In this document: piece after piece, positions 55,454 to 64,000 of the stretch
Layout: each line of letters begins with the position of its first letter
Numbering within the stretch: the first letter of the stretch is position 1
Origin: Verrucomicrobiaceae bacterium
GTDB taxonomy: Bacteria > Verrucomicrobiota > Verrucomicrobiia > Verrucomicrobiales > Akkermansiaceae
Length of the DNA: 64,000 nt
Assembly (NCBI GenBank): GCA_051252135.1
Contig: JBPOGH010000006.1
Location: 64,001 to 128,000 of the forward strand
Direction: 5' to 3'
Position numbers and translations under genes: made by a program
The notes under the pieces: model-generated
What the model was told of the DNA's origin: nothing
Databases searched by the model: none
What the model saw: the letters and a program-made list of their open reading frames with translations, nothing else

Positions 55454-56143
55454 CTACCTTGTGGCTCGTTCGGCGAAGACTTCGTCGGCTGGTTTATCGG
55501 AGACTTCGATGTTTTTGATTTGGAGGCGCCAGATGTTGCTGGGCCATGAGTAGACGTCCCTTTTTCCTTTTTCGGTGGGGACGACGTGGGTGGAGCGGGA
55601 GAATTCCTCGGAGCCGTGTGCGAGCTCGTAGCAGTCGATGCCCACGGTTTTCTGGATGCCGGTGGTGCGGGTGAGGGTGGCGAAGTCGGCGTTTTGGGTG
55701 AAGGCGAAGGTGATGGTTCGCTCGGGGTTGGCGATTTCCGCGACGACCTCGGGTTTGGTGAGTTTTCCGTCCTCGAGGGCGAACTCGAGGTGGATGGTGT
55801 CGCCGGGGTAGAGATCGAGGGTGCCATCCTTGCTGAGGGGCTTGCCGGCGGGGACGATGATTTTCTTTTCGCCGATCTCGGGAAGGATGATGGTTTCTTC
55901 GCGCTCCTGGCGTTTGTTGTCGGCACCCGGGAGCTTGGTGCTCTTGATGAGCTTGATTGAGGCTTCGTCGAAGGTTGCCCAGGGGACGGTGTATTGCTTG
56001 GTGCCTTTTTCGAAAGTGACGGTGTCCTTATCGTAGTCGGTGACGAGGACGACGATTTCACGGCCCTTGGTGTCCTTGAGGGTCAGAGGTCCGGCGAGGG
56101 CGGAAGCGAGGCAAAGAATTGAGAGAAGGAAGGGAAATTTCAT
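55454..56143 (-). CDS. Hypothetical secreted protein inside the fdh cluster
   Basis: 229 aa, signal peptide MKFPFLLSILCLASALA; N-terminal TLKDTKGREI...VPWATFDEAS resembles an SHD1-like module. Confidence 0.65.
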   Translation of the reverse strand: MKFPFLLSILCLASALAGPLTLKDTKGREIVVLVTDYDKDTVTFEKGTKQYTVPWATFDEASIKLIKSTKLPGADNKRQEREETIILPEIGEKKIIVPAGKPLSKDGTLDLYPGDTIHLEFALEDGKLTKPEVVAEIANPERTITFAFTQNADFATLTRTTGIQKTVGIDCYELAHGSEEFSRSTHVVPTEKGKRDVYSWPSNIWRLQIKNIEVSDKPADEVFAERATR

Positions 56144-56198
56144 GGCATTGAAGGTTTAGGGAACAATAGCACGATCAAGCGGGGGTTTCAGGGAGAAA

Positions 56199-57881
56199 TT
56201 ACGAGGTAGGTGAGGTGGCGGCGGCGACCTGATCGGGGAAGTATTTCAGGAGGGATTCGGTGACGTGGGGGGCGGCCATGCCGAGGCCGCAGGCGGAGGT
56301 GGCTTTCATGGCGTCGCCGATGTCATTGACTTCATCGGTCCATTCGGTGAGCGAGAGGTCTTTGGCGTCGCCATTCAAGCGCTCGGTGAGGCGTTGGGTG
56401 CCGATGCGGCAGGGGAAGCACTTGCCGCAGGACTCGTGGGCGAAGAAGGCCATGGCGTCGTGGGCGGCCTTGACCATGTCACGGGAGTCATCGAAGACCA
56501 TGATGCCTCCGGCTCCGAGGAAGGAGCCGTGGGAGCGGATGCAGGGGTCATCGAGGGTGAGGTCGTCGAGGATTTGGTGACCGAGGAAGCCGCCGGAGAG
56601 GCCTGCCATGGTGACGGCCTGGATGGAGCGTCCGTCTTTTGGGCCGCCGGCCCAGTCGTAGAGAAGGGTTTTTAAGGGGAGACCGAAGGGGACTTCGTAG
56701 TTGCCGGGGCGTTGGATATCGCCGGAAAGGGAAATGAGTTTGGTGCCGATGTGATCGCCGAGGCCGAGGGAGTGGTACCAGTCGGGGCCGTTATTGATGA
56801 TGTGGGGGACGGCGCAGAGGGTTTCGACGTTGTTGACGGCGGTGGGTTTGTCCTCGAATCCGTGGGTGACGGGGAAGGGGGGCTTGTTGCGGGGGAAGGG
56901 GTGTTTGCCTTCGAGGGAATTGAGGAGGGAACCTTCTTCTCCACAGATGTAGGCACCGGCGCCGCGACGGACGTAGAGGTGGAATTCGAATCCGGAGTCG
57001 AGGATGTTGTTTCCGAGGAGTCCGGCCTCGCGGCATTCGGCGAGGCATTTCTCGAGGAGGGCGTTGGTCTCGGGATATTCGTAGCGGAGGTAGATGAAGC
57101 CACGGGGTGCGCCGGTGGCGAAGGCGGCGATGATCATGCCTTCGATGAGAGCGAAGGGATCGTAGTCCATGAGGGCACGGTCCTTGAAGCAGCCGGGTTC
57201 GCCTTCGTCAGCATTGCAGACGATGGATTTGGGATGGCGGTCGCAGTCGGCTACGGCCTTCCATTTAAGTCCGGTGGGGAATCCTGCTCCACCGCGGCCG
57301 GCGAGTTTGGAGGCGGAGATGGTGTCGATGACGGTGTCGGGTTCGCCTTTTAAAACGGAAGCAAGGGCGGTGAATCCGCGGTTGGCGCGGTAGCCGGTGA
57401 GGGTGTTGTGTCCTTCCTTGCGGATGTTGGAGAAGAGGCATTCCTCGATGTCACCGGGATTGGGGACGGGGAGGGGAGAGGGGGTGGGTTTGAGATCGGC
57501 GGCGGTTTCGCCGGAGAGAGTGGTGTGTCCGGTGAGGACGGGGATGGGGGCGTCACAGCGGCCGGAGCAGGGCATTTCGGTGGCGGCTTGGCCTTGGGAT
57601 TTGAGGGTTTCGAGGATTTCATTTCCGCCGCGGAGGCAGCAAATATTTCCGGTGCAGACGCGCGGGGCCTCGAGGCCGCCGGGGACGCGGGAGAAGTGGT
57701 GGTAAAAGGTGACGGTGCCGTAGAGGTCGGCGAGGGGAGTTTTTAGTCCGCTGGCAACGGCGCGGAGGGCATCATCGGAGAGGTAGCCATCGCGATCGTG
57801 AAACGCGTGGAGGAGGGGGAGCAGGGGAGCAGGCTCGTTTTTCCAGTGATTGATGAGGTCCTGATTGGTGGTGCCCGGCAT
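56199..57881 (-). CDS. NAD-dependent formate dehydrogenase beta subunit (NuoE-NuoF fusion, FMN/Fe-S diaphorase)
   Basis: NuoE-like LLPLLH..DGYL..VTFYHHF..VCTGNIC..PCSGRC fused to NuoF-like GRGGAGFPTG, NADEGEPG, GAYICGEE, ESCGKCFPCR; start at MPGTT. Confidence 0.92.
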   Translation of the reverse strand: MPGTTNQDLINHWKNEPAPLLPLLHAFHDRDGYLSDDALRAVASGLKTPLADLYGTVTFYHHFSRVPGGLEAPRVCTGNICCLRGGNEILETLKSQGQAATEMPCSGRCDAPIPVLTGHTTLSGETAADLKPTPSPLPVPNPGDIEECLFSNIRKEGHNTLTGYRANRGFTALASVLKGEPDTVIDTISASKLAGRGGAGFPTGLKWKAVADCDRHPKSIVCNADEGEPGCFKDRALMDYDPFALIEGMIIAAFATGAPRGFIYLRYEYPETNALLEKCLAECREAGLLGNNILDSGFEFHLYVRRGAGAYICGEEGSLLNSLEGKHPFPRNKPPFPVTHGFEDKPTAVNNVETLCAVPHIINNGPDWYHSLGLGDHIGTKLISLSGDIQRPGNYEVPFGLPLKTLLYDWAGGPKDGRSIQAVTMAGLSGGFLGHQILDDLTLDDPCIRSHGSFLGAGGIMVFDDSRDMVKAAHDAMAFFAHESCGKCFPCRIGTQRLTERLNGDAKDLSLTEWTDEVNDIGDAMKATSACGLGMAAPHVTESLLKYFPDQVAAATSPTS

Positions 57882-57929
57882 TCTGAAAGTGTGGCAAATC
57901 TGGACGCTCAAGCAAGCGATGAAGTTGAT

Positions 57930-58727
57930 TTAGGGGGACTCTTTTAGGCGAGCACCGCCGTGGTAGATGTTAAAGATGGGAGGGCGGAGGAAGCCGACCA
58001 GGGTTTGCCCGGAGTCTTGGGCGAACTCGACAGCGAGAGAGGAGGGGGCGGAAATGCCGGCAATGAGGGGGATGCCGGCGGCGAGGGATTTTTGCATGAG
58101 CTCGAAGGAGATGCGTCCGGAGAGGAGGAGGAAGGTTTGGATGAAGTCCACGCCGTCGCGCAGGCCTTGGCCGATGACTTTATCGAGAGCGTTGTGGCGG
58201 CCGATATCCTCGTGGAGGATCAGGAGGGTTCCGTCGGGCGCGAAGAGACCCGAGGCGTGGAGGCCGCCGGTGGAGTCGAAGGTGTTTTGAGCCTTTCGCA
58301 TGGTTGCCGGAGCGGTGAGAAGGGTGTCGGGGGCGATGGAGAGGCCTGACTCGAGCGGGGGATGGTTTTGGAGGATGGCATCGATGGAGGCTTTTCCGCA
58401 GAGGCCGCAGGAGGAGGCGGAGAAGAGGTGGCGGGTGAGGCGATCCCAATCCATGGGGTGATCGTCGATGAGGAAGACGAGGGCGTGGTTGTCACGGGCT
58501 TCGAGATCGATGTCCGAAATGTCCGATATTTTGGAAATGATTCCTTCGGTGAGGAGGAAGCCGATGACGAGGAATTCATCGTCGCCCGGGGTGCGCATAA
58601 GGACAGCGAGGGGGCGGCCATCGACGACGAGCTGGAGCGGTTCTTCGACGGCAATTTGGTCGGGGGCGGGGGTGGGTCCGGCGGGGCTGAATTTGGTCAC
58701 CTCGAAGTTTCGTGAGTGTTTGGTCAT
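57930..58727 (-). CDS. fdhD: Formate dehydrogenase accessory sulfurtransferase
   Basis: VEEPL, MRTPG, SSCGLCG, TGGLHA, EDIGRHNALDK, SGRISFEL, SAPSSLA. Confidence 0.96.
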   Translation of the reverse strand: MTKHSRNFEVTKFSPAGPTPAPDQIAVEEPLQLVVDGRPLAVLMRTPGDDEFLVIGFLLTEGIISKISDISDIDLEARDNHALVFLIDDHPMDWDRLTRHLFSASSCGLCGKASIDAILQNHPPLESGLSIAPDTLLTAPATMRKAQNTFDSTGGLHASGLFAPDGTLLILHEDIGRHNALDKVIGQGLRDGVDFIQTFLLLSGRISFELMQKSLAAGIPLIAGISAPSSLAVEFAQDSGQTLVGFLRPPIFNIYHGGARLKESP

Positions 58728-58839
58728 GAAGAATCAAAATTGGTCGGCTGGCATCAAGGCTAGGGGCGTGGGTGGGCGAAGGAAAATAGTTTCTCGGGTT
58801 CGGCTGTCGAAGGGGTGAGAAACCCGTGGAACACGTGAG

Positions 58840-58867
58840 TTGACAGTAAGGGTTTGATTGGTAAGGT
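58840..58867 (+). promoter_or_regulatory. Probable sigma70 promoter of ppdK
   Basis: TTGACA (58840-58845), 16-bp spacer ending TGG, then TAAGGT (58862-58867), about 75 bp before the ATG. Confidence 0.55.
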
Positions 58868-58941
58868 GCGCGCCTTTCCGTAGGGGCCTTTCACAATCCC
58901 GACGGTTCAACTTGATCAAAACTCACTAAGAGAATACGACC

Positions 58942-61713
58942 ATGGCTACCAAAAAAAAGGCTGCTAAGAAGGCCTCCACGAAACCTCAGAACGTCTACTA
59001 CTTTGGCGCAGGAAAATGCGACGGAGACGGTTCAATGAAATCCCTCCTTGGAGGTAAGGGCGCGAACCTCGCCGAGATGAGCAGCATCGGTGTTCCCGTC
59101 CCTGCTGGCTTCACCATCACGACCGAGGTCTGCACCTACTACTACGACAACGGCAAGAAGTATCCCAAGACTCTCGATGCGGAGATTGAGGAAAACATTG
59201 CCAAGGTCGAGAAGGCCATGGGCAAAAAGTTCGGCGACCTTGAGAACCCGCTTCTCCTTTCCGTCCGTTCCGGAGCCCGTGAGTCGATGCCCGGCATGAT
59301 GGACACCATTCTCAACCTTGGTATCAACGATCAGGTTGTTGAAGCTCTCGCCAAGAAGACCGGCAACCCCAAATTTGCCTGGGACTCCTACCGCCGTTTC
59401 CTCCAGATGTATGGAAGTGTTGTGATGGAAGTGGAAGCCCACGCCGGTGAGCACCACGATCCCTACGAGGTCATCCTCGATAAAGCCAAGGCCAAGGCCA
59501 AGGTGAAGGACGATTCCGGTCTTAATGAAAAGCAGCTCCGCGGAGTTGTTGCCGAGTTCAAGAAGCTCATCAAGGACCGCTCGGGTAAGAATTTCCCTGA
59601 AGACCCACGTGCGCAGCTTAAAGGTGCTGTTAACGCCGTCTTCAACTCCTGGCAGAATGACCGCGCGATTGTCTACCGTCAGAAATACGGCATCCCTGCG
59701 GCATGGGGAACTGCTGTCAACGTTCAGGCCATGGTCTTCGGTAATACCGGTAAGACTTCCGGAACCGGTGTTGCTTTTACGCGTGACCCGGCTACCGGCG
59801 AGAACGTGTTCTACGGTGAGTATCTCATCGACGCACAGGGCGAGGACGTCGTGGCCGGTGTTCGCACACCGAAGCCAATTGCCAAGATGGCCAAGGACCT
59901 TCCCAAGTCACACAAAGAACTTCTCGTGATTCGTAAGAAGCTTGAGAAGCACTTCCGCGATGTGCAGGACGTTGAGTTCACGATTGAAGAAGGCAAGCTC
60001 TGGATGTTGCAGACCCGTAATGGCAAGCGCACCGGATTCGCAGCAGTGAATATCGCTCTCGACATGGTGAAAGAGCGTCTCATTAAGAAGGAAGAGGCGA
60101 TTCTGCGCATTCCTGCGGATGACCTGAGCCACCTCCTTGCACCGATCTTTGATTCCGCTGCCGAGAAGGCCGCCAAGAAGGTTGGTAATGGGCTTCCTGC
60201 CGGTCCCGGTGCAGCTTCCGGTAAGATTTACTTCTCCGCTGAAGACTCCGTGAAGGCTGCGGCCAAGGGGCAGAACGTCATCCTTGTCCGTCAGGCCACC
60301 TCTCCCGAGGACCTTCGGGGAATGATCGCGGCTGATGGCATCCTCACCACCGAGGGTGGAGCTTCCTCACACGCGGCACTCGTTGCCCGTCAGATGGGTA
60401 AGGTCTGTGTTTGCGGTGCTCACGGAATGTCCATCGATTACACGAAGAAGACTCTCTCCGGAAACGGCGTGACTCTTAAAGAGGGTGATGAGCTTTCGCT
60501 GAACGGATTCGTTGGAAACGTTTACAAAGGCAACATCAAGTCCTCACCTTCCCAGGTCATCCAGGGATTGATCGAGAACAAGGCTGCGGCCAAGCGTTCC
60601 GACACCTATAAAAAGTTCATGGAGCTCATGAGCTGGACCGACAAGCTTCGTAAGCTTGGCGTCCGGACCAACTCCGATACTCCGGAGCAGGTTGAGCAGG
60701 CCATCAAGTTCGGAGCGGAAGGCATTGGTCTTACCCGTGCAGAGCACATGTTCTTCGAGGGCAACCGGATCGACTCCGTTCGTGAGATGATCCTTGCCGA
60801 CGATGACGAAGGTCGGGCCAAGGCACTCAAGAAGATCAAGGTCTTTATGAAGAAGGACTTTAAGGGCATCTTCAAGTCCCTCGACGGCCGCCCGGCGACC
60901 ATCCGTCTCCTGGACCCACCTCTTCACGAGTTCATCGGCACCATGGATGCCGCCCAGAAGAAGGACCTTTCCAAGAAGATTGGAATGAGCGCTGCAGCGA
61001 TCACGAAGCGGATTCACTCTCTTCACGAAGAGAACCCGATGCTTGGTCACCGTGGTTGCCGCCTCGGTATCAGCTACCCAGCAGTCACCGCTACCCAGGT
61101 CGAGGCCATCCTCGAAGCTGCGGCAGAGGTTCAGGCCAAGGGCACGAAGGTTCTCCCTGAGATCATGGTCCCACTTGTGGCCTACGCACGTGAGCTTGAG
61201 CTCCAGAAGCAGGTCATCGATGAGACCGCTGCCGAAGTTCGCAAGAGGCTTAAGCTTAAGAAGAGCGAGCTGAAGTACACCGTGGGAACGATGATTGAAA
61301 TTCCCCGTGCTGCACTCACCGCTGATAAAGTGGCCGAGCACGCTGAGTTCTTCTCCTTCGGAACCAACGACCTCACCCAGACCGGACTTGGTCTGTCCCG
61401 TGATGACTCCTCCAGCTTCCTCCCAACCTATCAGGATGCGGAAGTTCTCAACAACAACCCCTTCGCAGCTCTTGACCAAGAGGGTGTCGGTCAGCTTGTT
61501 GAAATCGGCGTTGAGAAGGGTCGTCAGACCAAGAAGAAACTCAAGATCGGTATCTGCGGCGAGCACGGCGGAGATCCTGATTCGGTGAAGTTCTTCCACC
61601 GCACCGGACTCGACTACGTTTCCTGCTCACCATTCCGTATCCCCGTAGCCCGTCTTGCCGCAGCGCAAGCCGCTCTCGAGGAAAAGGGAATGGCTCGTGG
61701 TGAAATGAGCTAA
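58942..61713 (+). CDS. ppdK: Pyruvate, phosphate dikinase
   Basis: [39 protein letters not shown] phospho-His region, [29 protein letters not shown]. Confidence 0.98.
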   Translation: MATKKKAAKKASTKPQNVYYFGAGKCDGDGSMKSLLGGKGANLAEMSSIGVPVPAGFTITTEVCTYYYDNGKKYPKTLDAEIEENIAKVEKAMGKKFGDLENPLLLSVRSGARESMPGMMDTILNLGINDQVVEALAKKTGNPKFAWDSYRRFLQMYGSVVMEVEAHAGEHHDPYEVILDKAKAKAKVKDDSGLNEKQLRGVVAEFKKLIKDRSGKNFPEDPRAQLKGAVNAVFNSWQNDRAIVYRQKYGIPAAWGTAVNVQAMVFGNTGKTSGTGVAFTRDPATGENVFYGEYLIDAQGEDVVAGVRTPKPIAKMAKDLPKSHKELLVIRKKLEKHFRDVQDVEFTIEEGKLWMLQTRNGKRTGFAAVNIALDMVKERLIKKEEAILRIPADDLSHLLAPIFDSAAEKAAKKVGNGLPAGPGAASGKIYFSAEDSVKAAAKGQNVILVRQATSPEDLRGMIAADGILTTEGGASSHAALVARQMGKVCVCGAHGMSIDYTKKTLSGNGVTLKEGDELSLNGFVGNVYKGNIKSSPSQVIQGLIENKAAAKRSDTYKKFMELMSWTDKLRKLGVRTNSDTPEQVEQAIKFGAEGIGLTRAEHMFFEGNRIDSVREMILADDDEGRAKALKKIKVFMKKDFKGIFKSLDGRPATIRLLDPPLHEFIGTMDAAQKKDLSKKIGMSAAAITKRIHSLHEENPMLGHRGCRLGISYPAVTATQVEAILEAAAEVQAKGTKVLPEIMVPLVAYARELELQKQVIDETAAEVRKRLKLKKSELKYTVGTMIEIPRAALTADKVAEHAEFFSFGTNDLTQTGLGLSRDDSSSFLPTYQDAEVLNNNPFAALDQEGVGQLVEIGVEKGRQTKKKLKIGICGEHGGDPDSVKFFHRTGLDYVSCSPFRIPVARLAAAQAALEEKGMARGEMS

Positions 61714-61733
61714 GCGCTCAGCTAACAAACTTC

Positions 61734-61768
61734 AAAGCCCCGTTCGTTAACGCGAGCGGGGCTTTTTT
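61734..61768 (+). terminator. Rho-independent terminator of ppdK
   Basis: AAAGCCCCGTTCG-TTAACG-CGAGCGGGGCTTTTTT. Confidence 0.9.
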
Positions 61769-62192
61769 AGTTTGGTCGTAAATGTGATGGGGCCGGATTG
61801 GGGGCCCGCCCCGTCCTTTTCGGGGATGTGCACCCGTCCGGATACGTGGATGTTCGATTTGGAGGCTCACATCAACCCAGCATGACCATTCGCATCTTCC
61901 CAGGTAGCCCATTTTTGTTTTCCCCAGTGGGTTACAGCATGCTCAATCAGGCGGTGGGCCTGGGGTTGGTGAAGTGGAAGTTCGGGTGTTGGGCCGAGGG
62001 GACTTTGATCGATCGTCCCGAGGGGGTGATTCCGGTTACCGGATTCAGGGAGTTCCGGTGAATGGTGTGATCCTTGAGATGGAGGCTGCAAAATCCGGGT
62101 CCGAGTTGGACTGAGATTGATGGCCGGGGATCATTTTCCGATGATCTCCGGGCGGTTGCCTGAGGAGCAGGATGGAGAAAGCCGGATGGGGC

Positions 62193-63338
62193 TTATTCTT
62201 CGGATTGGGAATTCTGCTGTGCGGCTTCCTTGGCCTTTTTCTCGATAGCTGCCTGCTCGCGTTCCTGTTCTTTTACGACAGCAAGCTCCGAGCGTTTGCT
62301 TTCGGGGAGGTCGCGATACATGAGGGTGAGGCGGACTTCATTTTTGAAGACGCGATTTACCGAGATTTGGCGAACGTCGATGAGGTATTCATCGGCGAGG
62401 GCTTTGCGCAGGTAGTTGTCATCGAGGACCTTTTCTTTTTCGGAAATCCGGTAGTCGACTTCGATTTTATGGAAGCCATCACGCCAGACCGATGGCTTGT
62501 CGGCGAAGTATGCGGTGAGGAGGATGACAATGGCCGAGGGGACGTCGACAACAGTTGGCATCATGGTGTTGACGAAGGTGAGGGAGATGGCTCCCAGGAG
62601 GTAGGCGATCTCCGCCTTGTCGAAGGCCTCGCTTCGGAGTCGCACCAGGGCGAGGAGGGCGAAGATGGTGAAACCGAAGCCAGCGGTAACAAGGGAGCTG
62701 GAGAGGAAAATGGGGAAGAGGAAGAGGTTGAAGGCCAGGAGGAGGAACAACATTTTATGATCATGATGCCTCCGGTAGTAGATCATGTAGGCATAGATGA
62801 AGATGGTGAGAAAGTTGAAGAGGGCTTTGTAGATGAGGGTCCAGCCCGTCTTGGAGAGTTTGGTGTCGCGCTTGGTTTGATTGACCCAATGCTGGAAGAA
62901 GCCTTCTTCGGTCGGGGGTCTTACGGGATCGAGGACTTTGCCCCGGGAATCGAACATGATGTCCTGTTTCTTGGCCCCATTTTTGAATTCGACATCGTAG
63001 AAGATTCCGTGGGTGTTGCTATCGACGCCCTCGATTCCGCGGATGTTGTTCTTGTCGTATTTGAGGACGATGGCGGAGCGGACTTCGGCGGGAAGTTCCT
63101 CGAAAGTGGTGTTGTGCTCGGTCTCGACCCAATTTCCTTCGGCATCGAAGTCGGCGCGGAATTTGGTTCCGTTGACTTCAAAGTGGGCCTCCCAGGAACC
63201 ACCGGATTCCTCTTCCCACTTTGGTTCTTCGACATCGGGGTATTTTTCGCGGAAGGCTTTCTCGATAATTTCAGTGACTCCCAGTGCGGTGTGGCAGCAG
63301 AAGATGGCAAGGGCGAGATGGAGAAAAAGTGCTTTCAT
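62193..63338 (-). CDS. PepSY-like (BLIP-like) periplasmic domain fused to a DUF4956-like membrane domain
   Basis: Signal peptide; AF..KYP...W...WEAHF...FDAEGNWVETE and LPAEV..YDVE..FD.RG repeats; then GFGFTIFALLALVRLRSE membrane motif. Confidence 0.75.
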   Translation of the reverse strand: MKALFLHLALAIFCCHTALGVTEIIEKAFREKYPDVEEPKWEEESGGSWEAHFEVNGTKFRADFDAEGNWVETEHNTTFEELPAEVRSAIVLKYDKNNIRGIEGVDSNTHGIFYDVEFKNGAKKQDIMFDSRGKVLDPVRPPTEEGFFQHWVNQTKRDTKLSKTGWTLIYKALFNFLTIFIYAYMIYYRRHHDHKMLFLLLAFNLFLFPIFLSSSLVTAGFGFTIFALLALVRLRSEAFDKAEIAYLLGAISLTFVNTMMPTVVDVPSAIVILLTAYFADKPSVWRDGFHKIEVDYRISEKEKVLDDNYLRKALADEYLIDVRQISVNRVFKNEVRLTLMYRDLPESKRSELAVVKEQEREQAAIEKKAKEAAQQNSQSEE

Positions 63339-63511
63339 GCGAGATGATTGGGAAACCATAAGGTCTCAGGGGAGTCACTGCAGTTTGACAGTCCAAGGGT
63401 GAGGTGAGAAGCATCTTCCTTGGAAAAATTGCGGGGGGTGGGAGAGTTTTTTACGGTTTGGCGGGGAGAAAAAGATTCTTTCTGAGGCATTGAGGGAAAG
63501 AATGGCGACAG

Positions 63512-64000
63512 ATGAGCAAGTTGGAAAACAAGGTGAGCCGGGTGTTGAGTTTGGTACTGCGTCACGATCCGGGATCGATTGGATTGGCGCTGAACGAGCA
63601 AGGGTGGGCAGAGGTGGATGAATTGCTGGTGTGTCTGAAGAGGAGCGGGAAGGCGGTGGATTTGGAGATGTTAAAAAAGGTGGTTACCAATAGCTCCCAG
63701 CAGCGGTTTTCCTTTTCCGAGGACGGGAAGTTGATCCGGGCCAACGAGGGACACTCGTTTAATATTGATTTGGAATTGGAGGAGAAGAATCCGCCGGAGA
63801 ATCTTTATCACGGAACGGCTGATCGCTTTATGGAGTTCATCGAGCGGGGAGGGTTGCTTAAGATGAAGCGGGACTTTGTTCATCTCACCAGCGACCCGAA
63901 GATCGCTCACGAGGCGGGAGGTCGGCAAGGGGTGCCGGTGATTCTTGAGATCGGGACGAAGGTGATGCTGGATCACGGGTTCCGTTTTTATCAGGCCAAG
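63512..64000 (+). CDS. kptA: RNA 2'-phosphotransferase (Tpt1/KptA), partial
   Basis: Not in the ORF track. Manual translation: MSKLENKVSRVLSLVLRHDP..IGL.LNEQGW..QRF..IRANEGHS..LYHGT..MKRDFVHLT; runs off the window. Confidence 0.92.
   Translation, partial: MSKLENKVSRVLSLVLRHDPGSIGLALNEQGWAEVDELLVCLKRSGKAVDLEMLKKVVTNSSQQRFSFSEDGKLIRANEGHSFNIDLELEEKNPPENLYHGTADRFMEFIERGGLLKMKRDFVHLTSDPKIAHEAGGRQGVPVILEIGTKVMLDHGFRFYQAK

Noticed and set aside
61780..62190. tRNA-Sec, tmRNA, RNase P, SRP RNA or group II intron
   Set aside because: None of their diagnostic motifs was found on either strand by eye.
1..64000. Numerous long antisense or alternate-frame ORFs (e.g. 1..960 +, 40379..42433 +, 17732..18913 +, and Pro/Ser/Thr-rich minus ORFs)
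   Set aside because: They overlap well-supported genes, have low-complexity composition and no motifs; expected from high GC and strand skew.

Overview
A 64 kb gene-dense chromosomal segment, most likely from a free-living Verrucomicrobiota (PVC) bacterium. The assignment is inferred from a PVC-type heme protein, a DUF1800/DUF1501 pair, a DUF5069-like protein, three sulfatases and large secreted DxDxDG proteins. Housekeeping genes are uvrB, deoC with an aldehyde dehydrogenase pair, lpxA, radC, oppABC, purD, pyrR-pyrB-pyrC, selO/ydiU, a panB-like gene, ppdK and a partial kptA. Accessory content includes large secreted repeat proteins, a nucleotidyltransferase/small-protein pair and a RAYT (HUH) nuclease flanked by two REP doublets. 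The main hidden signal is UGA recoding, which the ORF track misses. Two genes that the track splits are almost certainly selenoproteins: the formate dehydrogenase alpha subunit (NCSRA-U-HAPT) and an exported DUF3179 protein (TW-U-HLC), each with a SECIS-like hairpin. Two further genes end in a UGA followed by a short Gly or Gly-Cys tail and a second stop. One is a beta-hydroxyacid-dehydrogenase-family enzyme ending GGC-UGA-G-stop, matching the Gly-Cys-Sec-Gly C-terminus of animal thioredoxin reductases. The other is a DCC oxidoreductase ending T-UGA-GC-stop. These last two are inferences that need homolog alignment and Se-labelling. No selA/selB/selC/selD, tRNA, rRNA or CRISPR array was seen. 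All family calls come from motif recognition by eye, not database searches.
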